From assembly GCA_022813865.1 (NCBI GenBank), contig JALDZX010000013.1:248001-312000 (forward strand): a stretch of 64,000 nt of DNA. The letters are read 5' to 3'. The notes under the pieces were generated by a model. It did no database searches, had not been told where the DNA came from, and worked only from the letters and a program-made list of their open reading frames with translations. Shown here one piece after another: positions 52,875-64,000 of the stretch. Both the position numbers and the translations under genes were made by a program. Numbering within the stretch: position 1 is the stretch's first letter; the number at the start of each line of letters is the position of its first letter. Source of the DNA: Xylographa opegraphella (Eukaryota).

Positions 52875-54855
52875 AGTTTGATAAAATTGAAAGTCTTAGA
52901 CGATCGATCGCACATATGTATTGTTGAGCACTGTAGTAATATCGTGATAGACGAAAACGACACATGCGTCTTTCGAGACAGGAAGGAGCTTAGGGACTGT
53001 CGTTTTTCGGCATAAACAACTGATGAAAGATGACGCCTGGTAAGAGATCACCTGCAGGAAATATCACAGACAACGCCAAAATAAAGCTTGATAGCGTACA
53101 GGATTACACAAGATTCTACGGAAGGAAGGTGCGCGACCAGCACGAATGGACTGGCAGATCCAGGCTCCGGTGTGTGATTATTGATGTTGCACTGGATGTT
53201 AGAATCCGATCTTATCTCCGCGAAAACTCTATAAATTTCTAATCAAGGAGATAAACTACATTCAAACGAGTGTAACGTTATAGAGAGTAGACTGCGTACC
53301 GACGTGCTAGCATAGTGGTGGTAAGATATTGTAAGAGTCGAAGGAAAGGCACCAAGCTTTAGTTCATTTCTGCAAACATCAACGAGCTGGGCAGTAATAC
53401 CGCTCTGCAAAGAAGAAAGGCATGGCTGACAGGTACTACACTGATTTTGTGATTTTGTGCCCAGTCGTGTCGGTACGGCTGGCGTTTGGAGAACAGCTCA
53501 GGCAAGAGTACATTGTGACAAACAGATTGTATGTGAACGGAGGTTATCTCACCGTGGTTCAGAGGCCAGTTTAAACAAATAGTAGCCTTAATCAGCTACC
53601 ATAGAGACAGGATCGTCACCCAAATTCTCTAATAAGAGAACTATGGTGGAGTCATATTTCTCAGCTGCACAGGTCCACCTTGGGCTTCGGCGGCATCCTT
53701 TGGCTTGCTGTGACACGATATGTTGTATTTCTAATCGGCGTGTCTTAAAATCCTCGCTCCGCTTACAATATGTAATGGATGCCGAGCGAGCAGTAGAGCT
53801 GGTTGCTGGCCGATGAATTGCTAATTGTGTTACCTCAAGGTCTTATGTACGAGTCCGATGTCCGCGGAGGTTTGAGTTCTGCAAATCTGGAAGCATTTTC
53901 GTGTTACCTTAAGACAGGTGTCATAGTGTCATTCGTCGTGGCAGATGGAAAGTGTGTTCCGCGTGCTCAGAAATTGGAGTACGTTGCACAAGTGTCAGGT
54001 CGAGCATGGGCCATCTGACCAAAATCAGAGTTGCGATGATATGCTTGGTTTAGAGCAGCTTCCAGGATAGAAATGCGAGAGCTTGAGTCGACTTGCTGGC
54101 TCAATCAGCTCCAATTCCAAAACCTTTTGACTAAGACAGCCAGATTTGTCGGCTAGGTCGCCAGCTTCTGGTGAGATATCGAGCTGCGGCACCACGGTAT
54201 GTCGAAAGCTATCGTTATGTAGAGCTTCGTGGATGCTCCACCGAAACAGTCTTAGTTCTGATCAATACCAAGACTTCAAATTTTTCTAGCATAGATCCAA
54301 ACATCTAGGTTCATGAGATGGAAAACGTCAATCTAGTAGTCTTTTCTCCTGCTTGTCGATACATATTGCTCCATGCTTTGGCTTCTGCGTTACGTCCTGA
54401 GCAGCGGATTTTTCATGCTTGCAGCTTTCCCGCGGCTATTTGTGGCTGCAAAGCCCACGCATCGAGCGATGTATCACTTGCATTCTGTCCCATCCAGAAT
54501 GTAGCCATCCCAATTGATGCAATTGAACAAATGATAAATTGTGGGAAAAAAAGTCGGCATAAGCATGACTAAGCTCTCCTAACGGATCAATTGAGATCGG
54601 CACCGAAGTACGGCCTTGGCGCAGACCCCGCAAATGCACCACATCAAAAGGTCTCTCTGTTGACTGTGGTAATCATGACCAAGCTTGGGGCCATTGTAGG
54701 CTCTTCAATGTCTTCCACGAAGATGAAGCACCACTGGATAGTCGATACTGTAAGCATTCCAGGCCCTCATCGCACAGTCACGCAAGCTTCCTGATACATC
54801 AGTTGTGGTCCACTATCTGACCGCGAACAGCTGCTGGCTGACCCCTTGAGCCGAA

Positions 54856-57154
54856 ATGCCTGTCTTCGTGGACAATGCAAACTCTTCGCGTGACCTTAGA
54901 GTGCTACCATCTCTTGCGCCTCCTTTGCCCTGCCTGGTAGAGGCATCTTCTTCGAATCGAATCAACGGTGTTAGCGAGGTTGAACGATATGATGTCGTCG
55001 TCGTCGGAGTAAGTTTGATCTTTTGCCCTTCAGAAGTCACTCTCTTGCGAATCTTGAACTAACACAAGGCGGATAGGCTGGTCCGTCTGGTCTCTTTCTC
55101 ACTCTTCTCCTCGCTCGGTATGGTCTTCGGGACGACCGATTGTTATGTCTTGACAGCAAACCCGGTACTTTGAAATCTGGGCAAGCGGATGGACTACAAC
55201 CACGTACGCTGGAGGTCCTTCATAGCTTAGGGCTTGCAGAAGAAGTCCTGAAAGAAGGATGTCAAATGTGGGAAGTGGCTTTCTGGAACCCGACAGCTTC
55301 TGGAGGGATTGAACGGACTAGTTACGTGCCAGATGTTGCTGTTCCAGCAATGTTTCCGCACGAGGTTACAATTCACCAGGGCCGCATAGAGAGAATACTG
55401 TCAGACGATCTTTCTCGGTACTCCCAGAGGGGCGTGAAGTACTCCTCCCGTGTGTCCTCCATTATCTTAGATGAGGGAGGCGACTCGCAGTACCCAGTCG
55501 TGATTGAATATGATACTATAGACACTGAACAAAAGGGAGACCCTCCTGCAGCCAGCGCGAGGAGCAAACATTGTGTCCGCACGAAGCACGTGGTTGGTGC
55601 GGATGGTGCCCATTCTGTTGTGCGGCGCTCAATAGGCCTGGATCTGATGGGAGAGTCGAAGGATCTCATATGGGGAGTTGTCGATCTCGTGGTCGACACA
55701 GATTTCCCGGACATTCGAAGGAGATGCGCTATCCACAGTAACGCGGGCTCCGTCATGGTAATTCCAAGGGAGCGAATTGCTACAGGTGATTACCTGACTC
55801 GCCTGTATGTCCAAGTCGGTATCGAGGTTCCAGCAGACGAAATTAGCGGAGAAGACGTCGCAGACCCCACTACAATGAGCTCTGAAGCACGGCAAAAAGC
55901 CCGGGAAAGAAGGAGCAAAATAACGATGGAAGGAATACTCAAGCAAGCTCAGACAGTCTTCCATCCATATCACATCAAATTGAAAGAAAATTGCAATGTA
56001 GACTGGTGGGCAGCTTACCAGATTGGTCAACGCATGACTGAGAAATTTGCTCAAAAAGACTGCACGGGTGTACCTAGAGTTTTCATTTCGGGTGACGGTA
56101 AATTCACCAATGAAGTCTCTTTGACAGACTTCTATCCCGCTCATATATGGCTGACTTATCGCAGCTTGCCACACGCATTCGCCCAAGGCGGGACAAGGTA
56201 TGAATGTGTCGATGATGGATTCATATAATCTTTCCTGGAAGCTTGCCTATCATCTTAATGGTCTTGTCCCCACTTCGTCCCGAAAAGCTGGTGTTTCAGC
56301 CGATCTTCTCGACTCGTATGAGTTTGAGCGACGCGAAATCGCACGCGAGCTTATCGAATTCGACACGAAGTTTTCGTCCATGTTCTCTGGTAGCATTGGC
56401 AAAGAAGACGATGACAAAGGCCTGACACATGAACAATTCGTGGAAGTTTTCTCGACCGGCAATGGTTTCACTAGTGGCTGCGGGATCGAGTATTCAGAGA
56501 GCGACTCAATATGGAAGGAAGCCTGCGCAGAAGGGAATCCAATACAGGGTACCGATTATCTGGGAGGAACTTTGAGGCCTGGCCGTCGATTGCTCAGTAC
56601 AAGAGTGATCCGGCATGCTGATGGTAATCCTCGCGAATTACAAGACGGTCGGGACTGCCTTGCTCTCTGAGCATCACTTCTCATAGCTTCGTGCTAATTT
56701 GCCAATAGATTTCTCATCAAATGGTAGATATAAGATTCTCATTCTTACCTCAACAGATCTTACCAAACCCGAAGGTCGTTCGTCAAAGGCGCTCCTTTCA
56801 GTAGCCGGGATCATGAATCAGTTTCCTACAAGCGTCATTGAGCTTGTGGTTTTACATGCTCTCGAACACACCCGAAGTATATCGTGGAAGGACTTGCCAT
56901 CCGAAATTAAGCAGTATGCAGAGATGCGTTTTCATTCTGCGTGGCCTGGCGAAGCACCGACGGACAAATTCCAAACACGAAATCACATGTACAAAGCTGA
57001 GGATGCATATGGGATTTACGGAGTAAGCAGAAAGGAAGGTGCTGCTTGCATAGTAAGACCAGACGGATATGTGGCCATGGTTACGTCTCTGGACAAGGTC
57101 GAAGATATCAGGAAATACTTTGAACGGTGGCTTCAACCCCGACAGATATTGTAG
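54856..57154 (+). CDS. FAD-dependent aromatic monooxygenase, phenol 2-monooxygenase family (~700 aa)
   Basis: Introns 55009-55076, 56098-56164, 56648-56708. VVVVGAGPSG, GQADGLQPRTLE, GADGAHS, TDFPDIR, YQIGQR, GDACHTHSPKAGQGMN, C-terminal VRPDGYV. Confidence 0.93.
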
Positions 57155-57726
57155 GGTATTAAGCCTGTCTTGAGTTCCTCGTAGCTTAGCATATAGCTTC
57201 ACTAGATGAACCAGATGCCTTGGAGAAGATGTTCACGATGAGCAAGTTGTGCAACCCTGACCCGGTCCAGTACCAACGTCTAACGCAGTTCAATATGGGC
57301 CGCTTCTTGAAGTGGCAAGGCGTGCTTCTTCGCTTTAGGGCAGTGGATATCGTCATGCTCGAGATGAGTGATTGCATCACGCCATCTCGGCCAGGCTTGC
57401 CATCACATCCAGGACGCAATCGGGCTACTGTCGAAGTGATTGGCTCATCTTCACGTCCGTGATGTCGATCTCCGAGTGAATACCTGTTTCGGAGGGGTAC
57501 GAGCCATGAAATCCAGCCGTCAATACCGCAGTCACACGCCTGGGCTTGACCCCACTCGACCATGAACGTCACAGCCTGAGTAGGAGGGGCGATGATGGTG
57601 CTACATAATTGACTTGGAAGAAGCACCCTGCAGCCTTCAAATCCATTCTTGACATCAATCTCTCATCTCTTTTAACAAACTAATTGAACTCTACACATCC
57701 AAATTCACCCAAAAACAACATAAATC

Positions 57727-58675
57727 ATGTCTGGCATCCACTTCAAATCCGCCGAAGAGCAGGCCGCGGAGGGCTTTGAGCCTCTCCCCAACAGCGGCTC
57801 CACCACCGGACAGCCCTCACTCATGCAACAAGGCTTTAACCCGTCCTCCGAATCCGACAGCCAGTTCAGCCAGGGTGGCTTTCGCTCCGCGGTAGACTCC
57901 GGCAACGGCGTTTCTCAGCAAGGTGAATCCAATCTTCTGATAACAAGTCTCGCTCCAACGATACGACATGCTAACGCAGACTCAACCAGGATTCCAAGAT
58001 TCCTCCTCCAGGGGCGATAACGAGTTCTCCCAGACCGGTTTCCAGCAGACCGGTTACCAAGACCCATCCTCAACCACGGGCGATAACACCTCCCGGAGCG
58101 GCTTCCAGCAGTCCGGCTATCAAGACCCATCTTCAACCACCGGCGACAACACCTCCTCCACTGGCGGCTCCTCCGACTTCAACACCTCCAGCGGTCGTAC
58201 ATCTGAAACTGGTCCCTCAGCCGAAAGGAGCGAGAACTTTGGCGGCGGCGTCTCCGGCCAGACAGCGGAAGATACCTCCGGCTCACAATTCAGCCAAGGT
58301 GGGTTCAAAGACACCTCTGACAGCGGCTTCAGCCAAGGCGGGTTCAAAGACACCTCCGGCAGCGGCTTCAGCCAAGGTGGTTTCCAAGACACCTCTCCCA
58401 ACGCCGGCTTCACCCAAAGTGGCTTCCAAGACACCTCGGACCTGACCTCGCGCCCCGACTCCGACACTCTGGCGACCGGTAAGACGGACCAGAGCTTCAG
58501 CGGGAGCGGGACGCAACGCAGCGAAAACGACTCCTCGTCCGGTATGTTGGGCACGACATCGCGCTCGACGGGCCAGGAGGCTGTGGGGGACTATACGCAG
58601 GGAGGATACAAGGATGATGACACCGGGGTCGGCAGGCAGGGAAACTTCGGCCACTTTGAGGAGGGCGGTCGTTAG
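57727..58675 (+). CDS. Low-complexity Gly/Ser/Gln/Phe/Thr/Asp repeat protein (~293 aa), probably disordered
   Basis: ATG follows an A/C-rich leader. Intron 57923-57989 (GTGAAT...GCTAAC...CAG) joins QQ|GFQD in frame. Repeated FSQGGF(K/Q)DTS. Confidence 0.8.
58037..58437 (+). repeat. Coding tandem repeats: 2x 63 bp and about 4x 39 bp
   Basis: 63-bp units start at 58037 and 58100 (GFQQxGYQDPSSTTGDNTS). 39-42-bp units start at 58289, 58328, 58367 and 58409. Confidence 0.85.
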
Positions 58676-59014
58676 ATTGGTTTCGGGGGCGTTTGTGATC
58701 AGGACTTGGATAAGCAGTGTGGGGAAGTCGGTCGTGGCTTTACCTTTGTGTAAATAGAAAAGGAAATGGATATTTACATTGCTACACCATGCGTTCGTGC
58801 ATCTTGCCTCATGTGATCATTGCTGCCTTGGCTCGGGAACCTTTTTGGGGACATATGTTATACACCGATACTCCATTCGGACATCAGGCGGCTATGTAAA
58901 GCGCAGGTACTCCAGCACTGCACACTACCCCTAAGCAACCTCATTCCCCCACGCCTCATCAGACTACCCAGTCGCCCCCTCCCAACCATCCAAACCCCGC
59001 GGCCCTGCCCCTCC

Positions 59015-61860
59015 CTACAACCGACTCTCCACGCCCACCAGCCCCTCCACACCCTTCCACTCCCCCTCGGGCCACACGCACCTCACCGCCTCCCAAATAT
59101 GCCCGACATGGACGATCTCCAACCCATCCTTAACCTCCGCCGGCAAATCCTTGACATCCTTGCGATTCGCCACCGGCAGCAACACGGTCTTGACACCCGC
59201 CCTCAGCGCGCCGATGAGCTTCTCCTTGATGCCGCCGACGGGCAGGACCCTGCCGCGCAGGCTGACCTCACCGGTCATGGCCATGGAGGGCGGGACGGGC
59301 TTGGCGGAGAAGAGGGAGATGAGGGCGATGGTGTGGGCGAGGCCGGCGGAGGGCCCGTCCTTGGGCACGGCGCCCGAGGGGCAGTGCACGTGGATGGCGC
59401 GGTCCTTCATGATGTCGTCGGCCGGGTGGGCGGCCAGGCCGAGCGCGTACGCGTGCGCCTTCACCCACGTGAGCGCCACCTCCACCGACTCCTTCAGCAC
59501 GTCGCCCAGCTTGCCCGTCAACTGCACGCGGCCCGAGCCCGGCATGTCCGCGACTTCGATGAAGAGGATGCTGCCCTGCCCGCCGGACGAGTAGGCCACC
59601 AGCCCCGTGACGATGCCGGGCGCCGACGCCGTCGCCGCGATCTCTTCGTCGAAGCGCTCGATGCCGAGGATGGCCTCGAGGTCCGAGGCGGAGACGGTGG
59701 GGTTGTAGGCGTCGGGGCGGGAGGCGTCCTGGGCGTCGGCGTACTCGACCGCTTTGAAGCGGCAGACGGAACCGATCTCGCGCTCGAGGTTGCGCACGCC
59801 GGCTTCGCGCGTGTAGGCGGTGATGATGGTGTCGACGACCGCGTCCGTGAAGGCGACTTGGCCGGGCGAGAGGCCGTTGGTGGTGATCTGCTTGGGAATG
59901 AGGTGCTGGTTGGCGATGTGGCGCTTCTCGACCGTGGTGTAGCCGGAGAGGGCGATGGTTTCCATGCGGTCGAGCAGCGGGGGCGGGATGGTATCGAGGG
60001 AGTTGGCGGTTGCGATGAAGAGGACTTTGCTCAGGTCGATGGGGATGTTGACGTAGTGGTCGGTGAATGTGTGGTTCTGTTCCGGATCCAGGACTTCGAG
60101 CATGGCAGCGGAGGGGTCGCCGTGGAAGTTCGATCCTCCAACTTTGTCTATCTCGTCGAGAAGGAAAACCGGATTTGCTACTCCGACCTTTTTCAAGCCA
60201 TTGACAATCAAGCCTGGCATAGCTGCAACGTACGTTCTTCGGTGGCCTCGTATCTCGGCCTCATCACGGACACCTCCTAGCGATATACGATGGAATTTTC
60301 GACCTAGTGCTGTTGCGACAGATTTGGCCAGACTTGTCTTCCCCGTTCCTGGGGGTCCTACAAGTAGAAGGATCGGTGACTTGTCAACCATGCGCCGACT
60401 TTTCAGAACCTGTACTTTGGTAACGTCTGCGTCCGAGGATGAATCGGATAATGGATCGTCCAGATCGTCACGCCTCCGTGATGCCGCCTGATCAATGGCT
60501 CTTTTGGTTTCCGCTTCGATATCTGCATTGACTGCTTGTTTGAGCTTCAAGACTGCCAGATACTCCAAAAGTCGCTTCTTGATCTTATCGAGGCCATAAT
60601 GATCGTCATCGAGCTGTTTCCGAGCTCGTTTCAAAGTCTCGACACCCAGCTGGTCTTCCGTCATGGCCGTCCACGGGATCTCGGCCAGATTCTCCAAGTA
60701 TGTTCGACAAACCCCATACTCTGCCTGAGCTGGATTCATCTTCCTTAGTCGCTTGAGCTCTTTATCCGCGACTTTTTGCGCTTCGGGTGTCAGTTTCGCC
60801 TCGTCAAGCTTCTGCTTCAATTCATCGACCTCGTTGGCTTCCTCCTCGCCATCGTTGTTGTCACCGCCCCTTCCTGAAAAGCCTGGTGGTAACTGACCAG
60901 AATTGAAGCCGCCTATAGCCCGTCGCATCAGTGTATCTCGTTGTTGCTGTGGTAGATTCGTGATATTGAGACCTTGTCCAGGAATTGTCGTACTTGTTAT
61001 AGAAGTAATCTTGACGTTACCCTTGATACCCTGCACCTGTCGACTTAATAGTTCGTTGACCCTTTCAAGTCTTTGATGTATATCCAAGGCGGAAAGGACA
61101 CGGAGTTTCTCTTCGAAGGATGCTTCAACCACATTTGCCATAAAATCCGCCAGAATACCCGCCTCGTGTAGTTCCTTTCTGGATATGAATATCTCTAACC
61201 GTCTTGTCGTTATCGCCGAAAATGGCGATGATACGCGCGGGAGCAGGGAGGTGAGTCGGACAAGAGTAAGAAGCTCTCGGGATAGCTGCTTCAATTCGTT
61301 GAATAATTCTCGAGCCGTGTTGTCGTCAGGACTGGGCACTGCGGAATGTATGATCAGCCATTGCCCTAAGCGACAGAAGACTTCGACCGACCATCTTCGT
61401 CCAAATAAACGACTTCAGCCTCCATATAAGGCTTGAATTGTGTAAATCTCTCTATCCTAAATCGCCGCAACCCCTCCACAACCAAGGCAAGTTCTCCGGG
61501 CCGCCTTCCCTGGACGCCCGATATCTTGGCAACGGTGCCATATTCAAACAGGTCCTTCTCGCCGGCTCTGCCTGGATTCGCCGCCAGATGCTCTGCCGTT
61601 TTCCGCACTCTGATCTCTGCATCCTCGAGGAGGTTCTGGCCTTCCGGGCTTAGGAGTGGCGAACACAGTGGAACACATCCAACAGAGATCGAGGAGGTAT
61701 CAGGCTTCGGAGTAGCAGCTCTAGTGTAGATCGATGAGAGGAGGGCGGGAATGTCGGGACGGTTCTGGACCGGAACTCGTAGAGTTACGCCGGGCAATAG
61801 GACCGAATCTCGTGCCAGCGGAATCAATGGGAGCAGCTTGTGCTTCGGTGAAGTCGCCAT
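59015..61860 (-). CDS. Peroxisomal Lon protease (LONP2-type, ~930 aa)
   Basis: Exons 61860-61392 and 61338-59015. Lon N-domain VLLPGV, Walker [16 protein letters not shown], catalytic KDGPSAG and GGIKEK. C-terminal PTS1 -SRL. Confidence 0.95.
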
Positions 61861-62990
61861 GATGCGAGATTCGCCTTGTCACTAGAATATATTATGACAG
61901 TTTGTGATTGATCTCGACGCTCGGGAGGATGGACCACACCGTCTTGTTCAACATCGTCATTATCCTGCCATGGGCTAAGAGCCGAGGCACGACCTTACCT
62001 TAGCCTCTGCGCGATATACTCGACCTTCCTTTACTCCTCTGCCATGTCCAATCACTCCTTCCTTCGGCCGCTTCAACTTGCCTTCATGCAGGCAGTACGG
62101 AGTATGTCATGGTCATTGCACCCATCCGTTCTCTTTCACAATTGCTAGTGGATCACTGTTGCCTGCATTAGGCAAACGGTGATAAAATCCCATCATCCAT
62201 ACATTTTCATGCACAGGCTCGCCTACCTGCTTCTGACGGAGTACATCTTGCTAAGCTGCATTGAGCGAGCTAACGGATGCATACGTCCTTCGCTCTGAGC
62301 TGGACGGATTCAGACTGACGCTGGCTCGCGCTCGTTCGTGCCCCGCGCAATACCGAGCGCTTCGTCGTAGAGCCCACTCGTTTTCTGATTTGGGTCACGG
62401 TCGGTTGATGCGCTCGCTTGCTTGCTTCTAGATAGCACTGCTCCAGCAGTCGTTCAACGTCTCCACACCAGGCTAACTTAGCGATTCGACTTCAGGTTAT
62501 TGCATCGCAACTAACTGCCTACCCAACTCCTCCGCCCCGTCGGCTACGTACCTCCCTTACATACCTTACTTTTAGCACTGATCTAAGCAAGTCATCTTTC
62601 AACGTCATGAAGGAGTTTATCCCTGAATAAGCCTTAATAATCCCAGCAGAATGGCTTTCGATGTACGCCATTTTGTGGGGAAGCAGCCTCAACGACAGCC
62701 AGTGGGCAAACGCCGTGGAGGTCCCACTCCTTGGCTAGCCGTTAAGCTTCGAAAATTACCTCTCACTGCTCTTCCCATTTGTCATCTCTCCCCCGGAGAT
62801 CCGAACTGAGTCTCGTCCGGCACGGGTCTATTCCTGTCAAGGCCGATGGCGGTTCAGTGCTTACTGAGTTTTGCCTGTTCTGGCAATACGTGCTAGTTAC
62901 ATACGCATGCATGGACGGCCGGACATATAAAAAGGCGGCAGCCGCCGTGCCATTTTCTTTAGAAAAGCCGTGTCTTGCAGGGGTTCTAGA

Positions 62991-64000
62991 ATGTCTTTTT
63001 CTGCTGGTGAAAGGGCCCATGCCTCTATCATTGACATTCGCCGTGATGAAATTCAGTTCTCCATCCTGGACGACATGCAGCGAAAGTTACGCCCGGCCAA
63101 GCACGAGGAGAAGAAATTACCTACTTTGCTGCTGTACGATGAGAGAGGCCTCAAGTTGTTCGAAGAGATCACTTATCTCGACGAGTACTATTTGACCAAC
63201 GCGGAAATAGAGGTCCTGAGTCGCTACGCAGATCGGATTGCTGATCGTCTGGTGGATGGCTCGCAGCTCATAGAATTGGGAAGTGGGTATGATACTACCA
63301 CTCCCGTGCTCCTGGCTTGAGCGGAATCTATCACCCGCGTTTGACTGAGTCTGGAATACTGATGCACACCAGCAATCTGCGCAAGGTCGTCATTCTGCTG
63401 AATGCGATTGAAAGATCCGGCAAGCGCGTAGACTACTATGCCTTGGACCTGTCACTTTCGGAGTTACAGAGGACACTTTCGGCAATACCCGAAGGGGCCT
63501 TCAAGCACGTACGCTGCTACGGCTTGCACGGAACTTACGATGATGGCCTTGAGTGGATGAAATTGAAGGGAAACGCAAGCAAACCGAAATGCGTTATGTG
63601 GCTTGGGTCATCGGTTGGAAACTTCACCCGTGACGAGGCAGCAAGCTTTCTGAAGGGGTTCGCGTTAGCTCTACGTCCTTGTGATACGATGCTGATAGCC
63701 GTCGACGGCTGCCAAGATGCACAGAAGGTCTACCACGCTTATAATGACCGCGAGGGCAAGACACATGAATTCATTCTCAATGGATTAACCCACGCTAACA
63801 AGCTCCTGGCCAAGACGGTCTTTCATCCGGAAGACTGGGAAGTCGTAGGAGAGTACGATGAGATTGCAGGACGACATCAAGCGTTTGTTGTCCCTAAGAG
63901 GCACCTACAGGTCGACGATATTCACGTCGCTGCTGGGGAGAGAGTACGAATCGAGGAGAGCTATAAGTATTCGGCTCTCGAGATCGAACGTCTCTGGGAA
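62991..64000 (+). CDS. egt1: Ergothioneine biosynthesis protein 1, histidine trimethyltransferase domain (3'-truncated by the window edge)
   Basis: IIDIR, LPTLLLYDERGLKLFEEITYLDEYYLTNAEIEVL, ELGSG|NLRK across intron 63287-63372, YYALDLS, GTYDDG, WLGSSVGN, EESYKY. The sulfoxide-synthase half lies outside the window, so an EasF-like stand-alone methyltransferase is not excluded. Confidence 0.85.

Noticed and set aside
58820..60280. 486-aa plus-strand ORF antisense to Lon (and similar antisense ORFs over MATE, spf31, the wall protein and URA2)
   Set aside because: High GC3 in the real gene removes stops on the opposite strand; no recognisable motifs.
1..64000. Transposons, RIP-mutated repeats, tRNA/rRNA, CRISPR arrays
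   Set aside because: No transposase or RT motifs, long repeats, AT-rich blocks, cloverleafs or repeat-spacer arrays were seen by eye. A tRNAscan/Rfam run would be needed to exclude small RNAs.

Overview
This is gene-dense, intron-containing nuclear DNA of a filamentous ascomycete (Pezizomycotina); a lichen-forming lineage is possible but cannot be shown from the sequence. I can support about 19 protein-coding genes. In order they are: a partial Zip2/SHOC1-like protein, a secreted Thr/Pro-rich wall protein, a membrane-anchored aspartic pseudo-protease, a PTH11-like membrane protein, spf31 (DnaJ), DBP4, FAD1, TAP42, Dicer-like 1, a DUF202 protein, a MATE transporter, a 1215-aa conserved hypothetical protein, a TRP/Yvc1-like channel, URA2/pyrABCN, an isocyanide synthase (Dit1/PvcA) fused to a TauD-like domain, a phenol-hydroxylase-type flavin monooxygenase, a Gly/Ser/Gln/Phe repeat protein, peroxisomal Lon, and partial Egt1. 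The best candidate for a new system is the divergent isocyanide synthase plus flavin monooxygenase pair, in which the fused dioxygenase domain appears to have lost its iron ligands. Other highlights are a frame-essential 4-nt microexon in the TRP channel gene, a possible uORF/alternative-acceptor switch and an oversized stop-containing intron in URA2, and a recurring C-rich-then-G-rich sense-strand skew at gene 3' ends. I recognised no tRNA, rRNA, CRISPR array or transposon. Exon boundaries were inferred by eye from GT/branch/AG signals and frame continuity. Family assignments come from remembered motifs, not database searches.
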